Assembly (NCBI GenBank): GCA_965649765.1
Contig: OZ287761.1
Coordinates: 3,596,001 to 3,660,000, forward strand
Direction of reading: 5' to 3'
Length of the DNA: 64,000 bases
Source: Bispira polyomma
Lineage: Eukaryota
The position numbers and the translations under genes are program-made. Numbering within the stretch: position 1 is the first letter of the stretch; each line of letters begins with the position of its first letter. A model generated the notes under the pieces. That model did no database searches. It saw only the letters and a program-made list of their open reading frames with translations, and had not been told where the DNA came from. Shown piece after piece: positions 55,301-63,779 of the stretch.

Positions 55301-58300
55301 GCACATGGTGAACAGATGCCACACTGAGCATGCTCAGCAATGATTTACAGTAGTGGGCGAGGCTCTAAACCCCTAAACTTTTCTTTTAAGCACATGGCGA
55401 ACAGAAGCCACACTGAGCATGCTCAGCAATGATTGACAGTAGTGGGCGGAGCTCTAAAGCCCTCAGCTTACTTTCTACTAGGAGTTCCATCCATGTCTTG
55501 CTGATCCCATGCTGGTTTTTGGCCTCACACGTGTACTCAGCCTCGTCCTCAACGGTCACTCGGTCAATGGTCAGTGTACACCTGCCGCGTCTGTACTCCA
55601 GCAGGAAGTGCTCTGTACTCGTTATCACCTTACCGTTCTGAAAAATATAGACAAATTGTTATAGTCACATATCAGATTTTTAATGAGAGATAACAGCAGC
55701 TCATTGTACCACAGAATGTTTGAGTAGGCTTATAATTTTAAAACTTCTCAAAACTAGAGTTAACTGTACCAGCTAGATTTATGACTATTGAAGACATAAC
55801 ACAAACTTCTGTTAAATTTCACCAATTAGGTGACAATCGAGTATTTAGCCGGTACCTATAACATCACACCTGAGTACCTAGCTGGTATCTATTATGTCAC
55901 ATGTTAGTAGCTGCCCGGTACCTATTATATCACACTTGGGTACCTACCTGGTACCTAATATAGGAGTACTTACCTGGTACCAGGTGATCTCTGCCTCAGG
56001 TAAAGCCTCTACCTCACACTCTAGCCTGATAGGTAAACTCTCATTAAACACCTGAGTACCTACCTGGTATCTATTACATCACATGTTAGTACCTAACTAT
56101 ATCTAATACATCACACATGAGTACATACTAAAGGAGTACTTACTTAGTACCAGGAGATCTCTGCCTCAGGTAACGCCTGTACCTCACATTTCAGTCTGAT
56201 GGGTAAACTCATTACATCACACCGCAGTACCTAACTGGTACCTATTATAGGAGTACCTACCAGGTACCTATTATATGAGTACTTACCTGGTACCAGGTGA
56301 TCTCTGCCTCAGGTAATGCCTGTACCTCACACTCCAGTCTGATAGGTAAACTCTCAAAGATTTCTTTGTTCTCAAGTTGTTTGGTGAACACAGGAGCCTG
56401 GGGTTGTGTCAGTTCAAAGGCTGAAACAATAAGTTATAACTCATAAAGTGAGTGAAATTAGACATTAAACTGGGTATCTGTCGGCTCAAAGGCTGAAACA
56501 ACAAGTTATATTAGATAAAGTGACTGAAATTAAACATTAAACTGGGTGTCTGTCAGATCACAGGCTGAAACAATAAGTTAGGTCACATAAAGTGAGTGAA
56601 ATGAGACATTAAACTGGCTACTGTCGGTTCAAAGGCTAAAACAATAAGTTATATTTGATAAAGTGACCAAAATTAGACATTAACTGGGTGTCTGTCACCT
56701 CAATGGTTGAAACAAAAAGTTAGATCACATAAAAGGACTGAAACAGTGAAGATTGTATTTTGTGCTGATATAATATATGTAATTTATTTGACCATTTACC
56801 CAGTACATATTACTTCAGCTGGCACTTGATTATCAGTATTACTTTCATCGGTGATTATTACTGAATTACTTGCGCCAACCCTAATTTTTGAAACATGAAC
56901 AGCTAAAATCCCTTTAAGTTGAAACTCATTGATGTGGGTTTGTATGTCGCTGGTCATGTCACAAGGAAGAGATTTAAACGTTAAAGAAGCCAGTACTATA
57001 AACCATCAACCTATAGCGAGCATGTGACAAACTTTCCCACGTGAAGGAAAGAACAGGGATTCAAACCCACATTGGTGAGAGGCCAGTGATATTGTGAATC
57101 TAACACTTCTCACCACTGTTGGAGATTTTAAAATATTTAAACAAGATTTAGTGCTACTAATATTCTTGTTAATATGTAGAATAATATTCTTTATTATTAT
57201 GTATATGAACATTTGTAGCTATTGTAGCCAGCTTACTTTTCTCTGTGCGCTGTTTGTGTTGTACTGTCATGGAGACCTCCACTTTGTTGTACTCCTCAGA
57301 CACCTGCTGTTCCCGTGACAACCTCCTCTGGACTGTGGTCTGTTTTTGTGGGGTAATCAACGCCTCCTCTGTAACGGGGGACTCAGGTTCAGAGTCAGGG
57401 CGAGACGGGGCTACACATAAAAATAGAACAGAATTGGAGGAATTTGTAAAGAACAGTAGAACATGTCTCGTATCTCCAACAGTTTCAACAATTACTTGAT
57501 GGGATTATTTCTTCTTCAGAAGTACCTTCTTTGATTCCAAATGTTTTTCTTAGTGCAACATTTAAGTTCTACTTTTAATCAAGACATGTTAACATCTTAT
57601 TTTGGCATGTAAATTATACAGAAAACATTTGATTAATGAAAAATATATCATAAATATCGAAATAAGAGGGCTATGGAATCTACAAGACCCAACTCAACAT
57701 CCATTATCAAAAAAAATTATTTTGGATATAGAATTAAATGCTTTAAATATGTCCCGATATATGTACAGAAACATGTACATTAAACAATTATAAATAACTT
57801 CATCAACCAACATTCCCCTCACCCCACCCCAAATTTACAAATGACGATCTAGCTAGGCAATAGATGTCTACTTACGCAGTACTCCCCCCCCCCATTTTAC
57901 AATGAATACCTAGCCACACACAAATATATCTCTCAAAACAAAGTAAGTTTTTATCTTTTTAATTTAATTAATTTTATTTTTATTAGTTTTTAATCTTCCT
58001 TAAGTTACCAATGAATACCTAAGCCACACAAACCCCATCTCTCTACTTACGCAGTACTGTGAGGAATGCGGTGGTCTCGCAGGTTCCTGCATCATTCACG
58101 GCCTTCACCTTGTACTCCCCTTCGTCCTCCGGTATCACATCCAGGATCTCCAGGCTACACACGCCCTCCTCGTACACAATCTCCACGTCCTGGCTGGCCT
58201 TGATCACCTCGTTGTCCACGTACCATGTGACCTCGGGTCTCGGCACACCCGTCAGGTGACACTTGAGCATTGTTCTGTCTCCGTCCAAGGCCGTCACGTC

Positions 58301-61300
58301 TGACAACGGGATCTCGAACACGGGAGCCACTAACGCGTGCGTAATTTCAGTCCTGTGCCTTTCGCTAATCTCCGTGGTTTCTCCCTTCTTGATGACCTCG
58401 ACTTCCTCGCGAACGACCTCTGTGACCTGTTGCTGTTCTTCAGTGACCTCCCTCACGGCGCGCACGATTTGGGTTGCCATCTCCGCGGCAGCCACGTCCA
58501 TTTCCACCGTGGTTGTCTGCTGCTCCGCCATTTTGACCTCCACGGCCTTGGATTCACCCTCCAATGTGGCCTCGACCTTCATCTTGATGACCTGTTGCTG
58601 CGCCTGCGTCTCCTTGGCGGTTGTTGTTACACTTGTTTTCTGCATCATCATTTGCTGCTGTTGCTGCTGTTGTGCCCTCATCCTGATCTCCATCTCCATC
58701 TGTTCTTTGGCTTGTTCCTCCGTCACTTCCCGGCCCTGTATTCTCGCCTCTAGTCGGTACTTCTCGACCACGGTCGGCTCCCACTCGGGCTGGACGTAAC
58801 TGGGGATCATGTAGACCTCTTTGATGTTGCTGATCAGCTCGGAGGTCACGCCTTCTGGAAGCACCTGCTCCCCAACGGGTTCTACACGCATTGGCGGCGG
58901 CTCCATCTTCCCGCTCTCGGTGGTTTCTGACGGTACATCAGCAATTTGTGACTGTTCTTCTTCAAGTACCTCTACATCATGCCTGGTCTCCATGACTTCC
59001 ACCTGTTCTTCAGATGTCGCCACTAGCGACGGTCGGGCGGCCTCTTTTTCCGCCGCTTCCAAGTCAACAATAATCTCTTCCTCCTGAGTTTTCTCCTCCA
59101 AGAACTCAGTCTGGGCGGTTTCCGTGTCTTCCACCGACTGCTGTTCTTCCAGCATCATCGTAAGCATCTGCTCGCGCTGCTGCTTGTCGGCGGTGACCGT
59201 TTCCATGGGGACATCGAAGCCTTCGACGGCTGGCTCTCGGGCTAAGTGAAAGATCTCCTCCTCCTCGTCGGGAGACAGGTAATCCTCCACCATCCCGACG
59301 TGGGTCGTTTCTCTCTTTTGATCCTCCACGGCTTCCAGATCCACCCGGATCTCCTGCTCAGCGGTTTCCTCTGGAGCCAGGATGTCGATTTCGTCCTCGA
59401 GACTCGCCTGTTTAGTGACTTCCAGCACGTGTTCCACACGACTCTCCTCTTTGGGTATGACCGAGGGTTCAGCCATCTCCACGACGATGTCCTCTTCCTG
59501 TGTGGTCTCGCTGGTTAGCTGGGTGATCTCTTCATGAAGTTCTGAGTGTACGTGTTCCTCTACTGGTTGTACCTACAAATATACAGGGGAAATGATGGAT
59601 CAATACAACTTCACTTTTAAGCCTTTCGAAGCCCAGGAGAAAACTATCTCAAGAAGCTGAATTTGATTTCATTTGGGTTTAATGTCGTTTTAAACGCATT
59701 GTATGGGGCATCACAGGGGGTGGTTTTAGTGCTGGGTAAAACCAGTAAACCAGCGACCATTGGCAAGGAACCGCCAACTTTCCCACTTAAATCCCAGCTG
59801 AGATTCTAACCGGAACCCTACAGGTGGGAGGTGAGTGTGTTAGCACTGCACCACCGAGGTACCCCCTCAAGGAACTGAAGGAAATTACTCGAGAATAGGT
59901 TACAGATAGCTCGAGTCACTAAACACACACCACAGACTACTTACGACATTCAATATTGGTGTATCGTAGAATTTTTTAAACAAAGGGATGTCTGCTGTAC
60001 TAACAATTCACTATTGTGAGGGAACACGATAAAAATTAAATTTTTTTTGTTTTTACAATTTTGGGGTGTCGACTGCTTGCCAACAGACATAGGTTCTGGG
60101 AATAAAAAAATGCTTTGCAAAACAAAAGTTAACCTTATGTAACAACCCTTCTAAAACCGGCACTATTTTTTCTCTCTCTCGTATTCCTACACACCTGTGT
60201 CTCAGCCTGGACTTCGGCCTCCGTTTGGGACATTTCGACAGTGATTTCCTCTTCCATGGTGGATTCTGTAGGGATTAGTCCAATCTGTTCTGGAGATTCG
60301 GGACGCACCTCTTCAAGCACTGGCTGAACCTATGAAAACACAGAATAAAATACATGTACAGTTGAAACCCATTAAACTTGAATTATTTGGGTTTTATGTG
60401 ACTTTAAACAGCTTAGGTCATATCGACAGCCATATATCACAGTGCAGGAATCCAGTACTGAAGCACTGTAAACCCATTTAAATCAATTTTTAAGGGGCCA
60501 CGAAAAATACCTGTATATTAAAAGATTCCCATATTGGATTTGGTGTATGAATACATAATGCTAAACTACTAAGGACAACACTAAACCCCAATGCTATGAT
60601 AGTAGAGACAAACTACTTTTCAAAATGGCGACAGGCATAATGGATTTGGCGTATTTATACATAATGTTAATCCCCCTAAGGATAACACTAAACCCTCTAT
60701 AGAAGTGACAAACTACTTTTCAATTTGGCCGCCAGTGTGTATTTCCTGAATTTATAGCACCCGCCCCTATTTCTAATACCTGTGTCTCCGCTTGTATCTC
60801 GGCTTCAGTTTGAGACATTTCTACAACGATTTGTTCCTCCTTGGTGGTATCTATGGAGACCATTCCGATCTCCCCGGGAGATTCAGGTCTCACTTCCTCA
60901 TGCACGGGTTGGACCTAGGATTCACACAAATACAGCAAATCTAGCTAATGACAAGGGGAAAAAGTGTTTAAAACGATCATTACAAGCAGACCTATATTTT
61001 CTAAAGGGCAGTAAAAACTCTTCAAATAGCACACACAAGTACGGAATTTGAATTTACAGTTGGATTTTATGTAACAGTTTGGGTCATATCACGATTCACA
61101 ATGGCCACATTTAATGTTGGAAGGAAAGAGCACGGCTGATACTTAGTTAAATGTCATTAATATAAATCTGAGGTATACAAGTGAAACCATCCTTTAAAAC
61201 AGGTCTATTTTACCAGAATGTAGTTGGGTTTTAAGTCATTTTCGACTGCTTAGATCAAAATTGTCAAGACCGACCGATTCAATGGTGTAATTTGAATTTG

Positions 61301-63779
61301 GATATTTAACGTCCACTTTAGTACCTGTTTAGGTTATATTGGGACGGGTAGTTGGAAGCGCCGGAGGAAACACTGCATACAGTTGATCAAGGTTCTGCAC
61401 TGAAACCCATGGCTCACAGTCAGGAACTACCACCTTTCCCACATAAGCATCGACGGGATTCGAAGTCATGCCGCCCAGAGGTAAGAGACCAGTGATTGTG
61501 AAGCGCAATGCTTGCTAACCACTAGGCCACCGCGGCCCCGAAACAAGTGGAGAAGTGTTATTGTCAATGTACATGTTGGAATGTTGAACAAGTTATATAA
61601 CTTGTATTCTACCACGAAGAGCTTGTTTCGCCGGTTCTGATTGGTTTAAAGTACGCTAAAACCTAGGACTACAACGCAAGAAAGAATGAGATCATTTTCC
61701 ACCAAACTGTACTGCAAACAAAATACCCGGAGACAGCCTTTTATTAATGATTCATTATGTACACCTAATTATGGTACTTCAGGAGACGGGGAAATCTACC
61801 TGGGATTCGGCTTGACATTCCTCCTCAGTTATAGACATTACCACGACAACTTGCTCTTCAGTAGTGGAATCGGTAGGAACAAGCTCGATTTGATCAGGGG
61901 ATTCCGATCTAACCTCTTCATGCACAGGTTCAACCTATATACACACGGCAAAGGGTTTGTGTAAAACGGGAAACATTCGACAATTCCTATAGTCTTACTG
62001 GGTGAAAAACTATCACATCAAAACAAATGAAGTCAGTACATAGATATTGATGATTATTCTTGATAAAAATTAGTAAAAAAAACTATTTCTTTACAAAAGG
62101 CTTAAGATTTTGGGTTTTAACGTTGTTTTCAACACGTTTTGTGTGATATATCGTGATGATGGGCCGTTCATTGGTGAAAGAAATCAGAACATGCTTAGTT
62201 TATCAAGGTTTTTCTGCTCTGCAAACCACCAGCCTCACATATACATACCAGGGCCATGCGAACACTTCATACTTTCGTGAGGACATCTGTCCTTAAAAAA
62301 TCATCATAATTTTCCTAGTATGTACAGATAATAGATCTTCTAAGCCTAAGGTACAAGTTTTCATCTTAATAAACGACAAGTACCTGGGATTGCGCTTGTA
62401 ATTCAGCCTCAGTTTTAGACATTTCTACATATATTTGTTCCTCCATCGTGGATTCTGTAGAGACTAGGCCGATTTCATCGGGAGATTCAGGTCTTACTTC
62501 TTCATGCACGGGTTGAACCTTATATACACAGCACAAAAGGTTACAAGGTAAAGGAGTTCGCATACACACAACACAAAACAGTGAAGACGTTAGAACCTTT
62601 TATCAGGCTCAGCCTGATATTGTTTTCATTCTAAAAAGGGAGCCGCCATTTTTGAAAACGGCACTGCCATCTTATCAATCGAGGATTGATTGGAAGCAAT
62701 CGACCCATCCAAATTATTGTTAGATTCAGGCACAGCCTGTCTGAATATATAGTGGCCATATCAATTGTAGTGTATTTCACACTGTGCACCCGTGTGTTTT
62801 TTTTAAAAGACAACTCTTGTTTACACCGGATTCAGTGAATTTCAAGAGGTGAAATGCTCTACATAAGTTTTTCTTGTGGTCTTTTAAAAGATTGGCCCAC
62901 TTTATTTTTGTATTAGTCAAACTTTTATTATCCGAATATTTCAACTTTTGAATAATAATAAACGCTTTGAATCTCACCACATTTAACATTTTTATTAAAT
63001 CCCCGTGTTAAAAACGAAATCTACCTGCGTCTCTGCTTGTAATTCAGCCTCAGTTTTGGACATTTCTACAAATATTTGTTCCTCCATGGTAGATTCTGTA
63101 GGAACAAGGCCAATTTCTCCAGGAGATTCGGGTCTAACTTCTTCATGCACGGGTTGGACCTAATATCACACAACACACACACACACACACTATGGTACAC
63201 ACTGAAAACGGGTTAAAACCTTTGATGAAACTGTCGACAAAATCTTCCACATCTTCAATCTGCCCAATTTTACTTTTGCTATTGCTTAATTAGCAGGCCC
63301 AGACATATTAAATTTTCCTAATAATAACATACGTGAAATAAGATATTTCAGCAATCTAGAAGAGCCATGGTTTGTTAATGACTGAGGTGAGATGTTTTTC
63401 ATAGAAGTGGTCATGGTGGCCATCTTGTTTTTTCAAAAGAAGGCTATATTAAGTCACAGGCAACATTTCATAGCAATGAATATATCCAGCAAATTTGAGG
63501 AAGCGAGCCGCAATAGTTGTCCCGCTAGAGTGTAAAATTTCAGATAACAAACAATGGCCTATAACGCTTGTGACCCCTTAAAACTTGCTTATAAATATCT
63601 CATAGATATAATGCCAGTCTAGATGTCATGTTCTTGTTTAGTACCTGAGTCTCAGCGCGTATTTCGGATTCTTGCTGAGATAACTCCACTATAATGTGTT
63701 CTTCCATCGTGGAGTCTGTTGGGACGAGTTCTATCTCACTGGGGGATTCAGGTCTCACTTCTTCATGCACTGGTTGGAC
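2360..63779 (-). CDS. Giant titin/Sallimus(kettin)-like muscle protein gene, internal portion (23 predicted exons, about 8,135 aa; 6 I-set Ig domains, SH3, acidic repeat regions, DFRxxL array)
   Basis: All 23 exons have AG/GT boundaries and matching phases (sum 24,406 nt, phase 0 to phase 1). I-set Ig signatures (P.F...L...v..G....l.C...G.P.P.v.W; D.G.Y...A.N..G), an SH3 domain and long acidic low-complexity regions fit the titin family. No start or final stop in the window. Confidence 0.9.
2757..3001. mobile_element. PIF/Harbinger-like MITE, TIR GGGGCCGTATTCACAAA-like
   Basis: Inverted termini and palindromic cttagtcttaac subtermini; about 10 relatives in the window. Confidence 0.65.
4196..4420 (-). 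mobile_element. SINE copy (same family)
   Basis: Shared blocks caacagcttaggtcatatc / gaagaaaccagtgctgaag / tgacaaactttcccac / cacattggtgagaggcc. Confidence 0.75.
4561..6094 (-). CDS. 1534-nt exon with ten QxDFRxxL motifs and a Ser/Pro-rich tail
   Basis: ORF 4555..6060 extended to a TTTTACAG acceptor; AAG|GTGTGA donor; phase 2 to 0. Confidence 0.9.
6970..7018 (-). CDS. 49-nt micro-exon (EVTQKIDFKKQLKKKEV) with a DFRxxL-like motif
   Basis: TTTTTCTAG acceptor, GTAAGT donor; phase 1 to 2 exactly bridges the flanking exons. Confidence 0.85.
7590..7777 (-). mobile_element. SINE copy, 5'-truncated
   Basis: Same conserved blocks; intact B box GGTTCGAATCC on the minus strand. Confidence 0.72.
8095..8281. 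mobile_element. Tc1/mariner-type MITE (TA|CAGTCAAACC...GGTTTGACTG|TA)
   Basis: Terminal inverted repeats with TA target duplication. Confidence 0.65.
9088..9584. mobile_element. About 500-bp non-autonomous DNA transposon with imperfect 23-bp TIRs
   Basis: AGCCCTGTCACACCTACACGTGC versus reverse complement AGCTCGGTCGCACCTGCACGTGC; interrupts the second copy of a local duplication; CpG-richer than its flanks. Confidence 0.7.
10706..10904 (-). CDS. 199-nt exon, C-terminal half of an Ig domain (ITWQKD...ADAGKFTLIVINEYGE...LIVK)
   Basis: CAG acceptor, G|GTAGGG donor, phase 0 to 1. Confidence 0.9.
11160..11548 (-). repeat. Degenerate tandem copies of the 3' 54 nt and donor of exon 11549-11682 (11435-11488, 11302-11355, remnant about 11196-11222)
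   Basis: Direct alignment; the two full copies keep AG|GTAAAATAG. Confidence 0.85.
11549..11682 (-). CDS. 134-nt exon, N-terminal half of an Ig domain (APTIVSKPKAQVVDEGETVTFECKLNAKPQPQ)
   Basis: CAG acceptor, CAG|GTAAAA donor, phase 1 to 0. Confidence 0.9.
11756..11921. mobile_element. Tc1/mariner-type MITE
   Basis: tacagtagaacctctattatccaaac ... gtttggataatggaggtactgctg. Confidence 0.68.
13023..13328 (-). CDS. 306-nt exon encoding a complete I-set Ig domain
   Basis: GPEITRLL...FECTVLGNPKPLVTW...EDTGRYTVVAKNSHG; AG/GT, phase 1/1. Confidence 0.93.
13334..13361. repeat. (CA)n/(TG)n microsatellite at a 3' splice site
   Basis: Dinucleotide run immediately upstream (transcript sense) of the acceptor at 13329-13330. 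Confidence 0.9.
14497..14658 (-). mobile_element. SINE copy, internally deleted
   Basis: Same conserved blocks. Confidence 0.65.
14919..17267 (-). CDS. 2349-nt exon: acidic unique region with a C-terminal SH3 domain (about 14990-15153)
   Basis: ORF 14854..17367; SH3 signature YIAVTAYEPESDDVLSLHEGEKLELL...DWWMVRK...REGYVPGQYL; CAG acceptor, GTAAGA donor, phase 1/1. Confidence 0.92.
17415..17643. mobile_element. PIF/Harbinger-like MITE
   Basis: ggagccatat..tcacaaaaggtcttag ... gaccttttgcgaatatggcccc. Confidence 0.62.
17901..17956 (-). CDS. 56-nt small exon (FVQTKQEVSEDSTDMTIQ)
   Basis: TAG acceptor, AG|GTAAGA donor, phase 2 to 1. Confidence 0.8.
18581..18611 (-). CDS. 31-nt micro-exon (APSETVETSIE)
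   Basis: TTTTACAG acceptor, GTGAGT donor, phase 1 to 2; frame restored by the next exon. Confidence 0.8.
19776..20034. mobile_element. PIF/Harbinger-like MITE (different interior)
   Basis: CAG|ggctggtattc ... gaatacggccc|CAG; interior resembles 42571-42760 and about 650-880. Confidence 0.6.
20602..24981 (-). CDS. Giant 4380-nt exon with 4 x 185-aa repeats
   Basis: ORF 20477..24970; TTTTTAG acceptor, GAA G|GTAAAA donor; phase 1/1 (1460 codons). Confidence 0.9.
21065..23284 (-). repeat. Coding tandem repeat, 4 x 555 nt, near-identical
   Basis: Equivalent antisense ORFs recur at 21336, 21891, 22446 and 23001 (period 555). Confidence 0.95.
27828..33986 (-). CDS. Giant 6159-nt exon with about 32 copies of a 46-aa repeat
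   Basis: ORF 27796..33951 extended to a T9-ACAAG acceptor (VDRRFSTEINLQM...); donor ACA G|GTACTG; phase 1/1 (2053 codons). Confidence 0.86.
27950..32345 (-). repeat. Coding tandem repeat, about 32 x 138 nt, with an 828-nt higher-order period
   Basis: Unit ends ...ISTAGIEMPSETKV; equivalent ORFs at 29349/30177/31005 and 29901/30729 are 828 nt apart. Confidence 0.95.
35245..35425. repeat. About 32-bp minisatellite (acttatactggttctagttatagagatattcg), about 5.5 copies
   Basis: Direct inspection. Confidence 0.85.
36566..36808 (-). mobile_element. SINE copy
   Basis: Same conserved blocks. Confidence 0.7.
36941..42481 (-). CDS. Giant 5541-nt exon, Glu/Val/Thr-rich, with 101-aa, 11-aa and about 13-aa repeats
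   Basis: ORF 36834..42518; TTAG|GT GTC acceptor, CAA G|GTACCC donor; phase 1/1 (1847 codons). Confidence 0.88.
37230..38170 (-). repeat. Short acidic coding repeats: about 33-nt (EDEEIIEETIQ) and about 36-39-nt (DEVVEDTVEEMAKQV-like)
   Basis: Visible in both the translation and the DNA. Confidence 0.8.
38600..41450 (-). repeat. Coding tandem repeat, about 303-nt (101-aa) units, about 9 copies with degenerate ends
   Basis: 'DHTKEITEV' anchor recurs at about 39247, 39538, 39841, 40144, 40444, 40747 and 41050. Confidence 0.88.
43843..44418 (-). CDS. 576-nt exon (possibly split by a 64/66-nt intron at about 44254-44319) ending in an I-set Ig domain
   Basis: CAG acceptor, G|GTTTGT donor, phase 1/1; LAPTFVEYL...CKILGNPEPYVVW...CGTYSAKASS Ig motif. 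Confidence 0.82.
44955..45147. mobile_element. Tc1/mariner-type MITE
   Basis: tagtgaaacctttattatctgaac ... gtttggataatagaggtcctactgta. Confidence 0.65.
45585..45696. mobile_element. Short Harbinger-like MITE
   Basis: CAG-flanked; paralogues at about 7219, 12831 and 6558. Confidence 0.6.
46735..46882 (-). mobile_element. SINE copy, internally deleted
   Basis: Tail and tRNA-like head present, core missing. Confidence 0.65.
47342..47580. mobile_element. PIF/Harbinger-like MITE
   Basis: ggggccgtcttcacaaaagg ... ccctttcgtgaatacggcctc; CAG on both flanks. Confidence 0.68.
48243..48431. mobile_element. Tc1/mariner-type MITE (aaaacctcagtatagtgaac...gttcactatatggaggttttactg)
   Basis: Terminal inverted repeats. 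Confidence 0.55.
48497..48735 (-). mobile_element. SINE copy, near full length
   Basis: All family blocks present. Confidence 0.75.
50636..50848 (-). mobile_element. SINE copy, near full length
   Basis: All family blocks present. Confidence 0.75.
52675..52769 (-). CDS. Candidate alternative terminal exon (NAVEQVVVEEYYDIEIEMLFKWKLRDATTRV*)
   Basis: TTTTAG acceptor at 52770-52771, with a second in-frame acceptor 9 nt upstream; phase 1 matches the previous exon; coding-like, GC-richer island ending in TAA; no convincing donor. Confidence 0.55.
52772..52964. repeat. About 32-bp minisatellite, about 6 copies (aagttctatgggttacagagacaaaaggccat)
   Basis: Direct inspection; abuts and includes the acceptor of the candidate terminal exon. 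Confidence 0.9.
54997..55180. mobile_element. Tc1/mariner-type MITE
   Basis: tagtagagcctctattatccaaac ... gttcggataatagaggttctc..tactgta. Confidence 0.68.
55195..55465. repeat. About 90-bp triplication containing the palindrome CTGAGCATGCTCAG
   Basis: Three copies directly downstream (transcript sense) of the donor at 55471. Confidence 0.88.
55472..55637 (-). CDS. 166-nt exon, C-terminal half of an Ig domain (NGKVITS...EDEAEYTCEAKNQHG...LLVE)
   Basis: CAG acceptor, A|GTAAGC donor, phase 0 to 1. Confidence 0.92.
55845..56286 (-). repeat. Degenerate tandem copies of the 3' part and donor of exon 56287-56420 (55974-56042, 56144-56210) among GGTACC-rich short repeats
   Basis: Direct alignment; both copies keep GTAAGT. 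Confidence 0.85.
56287..56420 (-). CDS. 134-nt exon, N-terminal half of an Ig domain (APVFTKQLENKEIFESLPIRLECEVQALPEAEITWYQ)
   Basis: CAG acceptor, CAG|GTAAGT donor, phase 1 to 0, Ig A-C strand motif. Confidence 0.9.
56406..56745. repeat. About 71-bp minisatellite, about 4.5 copies, containing the acceptor of exon 56287-56420
   Basis: Unit ...tgtcagttcaaagg|ctgaaacaataagtta...aaactggg. Confidence 0.85.
56930..57118 (-). mobile_element. SINE copy
   Basis: tgacaaactttcccacgtgaagg...ggattcaaacccacattggtgagaggcc. Confidence 0.68.
57237..57410 (-). CDS. 174-nt linker exon (PPSRPDSEPESP...QRRLSREQQ...RTEK)
   Basis: TAG acceptor, A|GTAAGC donor, phase 1/1, open frame. Confidence 0.85.
58051..59572 (-). 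CDS. 1522-nt exon: acidic/Gln-rich region ending in an I-set Ig domain (APVFEIPL...DEGEYKVKAVNDAG)
   Basis: ORF 58043..59482 extended to a TAG acceptor; donor C|GTAAGT; phase 0 to 1; begins with a degenerate copy of the 45-aa unit. Confidence 0.92.
59659..59865 (-). mobile_element. Related SINE subfamily copy
   Basis: Similar tail and aactttcccac block, different head (cf. 35570-35730). Confidence 0.55.
60195..60329 (-). CDS. 135-nt tandem exon 6
   Basis: AG/GT, phase 0/0; overlaps ORF 60135..60320. Confidence 0.9.
60780..60914 (-). CDS. 135-nt tandem exon 5
   Basis: AG/GT, phase 0/0; overlaps ORF 60720..60905. Confidence 0.9.
61220..61540 (-). mobile_element. Composite/nested SINE copies
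   Basis: Ends ctaaccactaggccaccgcggcccc (intact A box on the minus strand); two tail segments. Confidence 0.65.
61800..61934 (-). CDS. 135-nt tandem exon 4 (VEPVHEEVRSESPDQIELVPTDSTTEEQVVVVMSITEEECQAESQ)
   Basis: AG/GT, phase 0/0, homologous repeat; absent from the ORF track, translated by hand. Confidence 0.88.
62384..62518 (-). CDS. 135-nt tandem exon 3
   Basis: AG/GT, phase 0/0; matches ORF 62366..62569 segment VQPVHEEVRPESPDEIG...AQSQ. Confidence 0.9.
63025..63159 (-). CDS. 135-nt tandem exon 2 (VQPVHEEVRPESPGEIGLVPTESTMEEQIFVEMSKTEAELQAETQ)
   Basis: AG/GT boundaries, phase 0/0, (TG)n tract upstream of the acceptor. Confidence 0.9.
63645..63779 (-). CDS. 135-nt tandem exon 1 (VQPVHEEVRPESPSEIELVPTDSTMEEHIIVELSQQESEIRAETQ)
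   Basis: TAG acceptor, GT donor, phase 0/0, open frame, paralogous to the five following exons. Confidence 0.9.

Noticed and set aside
61450-61540. tRNA gene suggested by A/B boxes
   Set aside because: No clear cloverleaf, and attached to the repeated SINE body.
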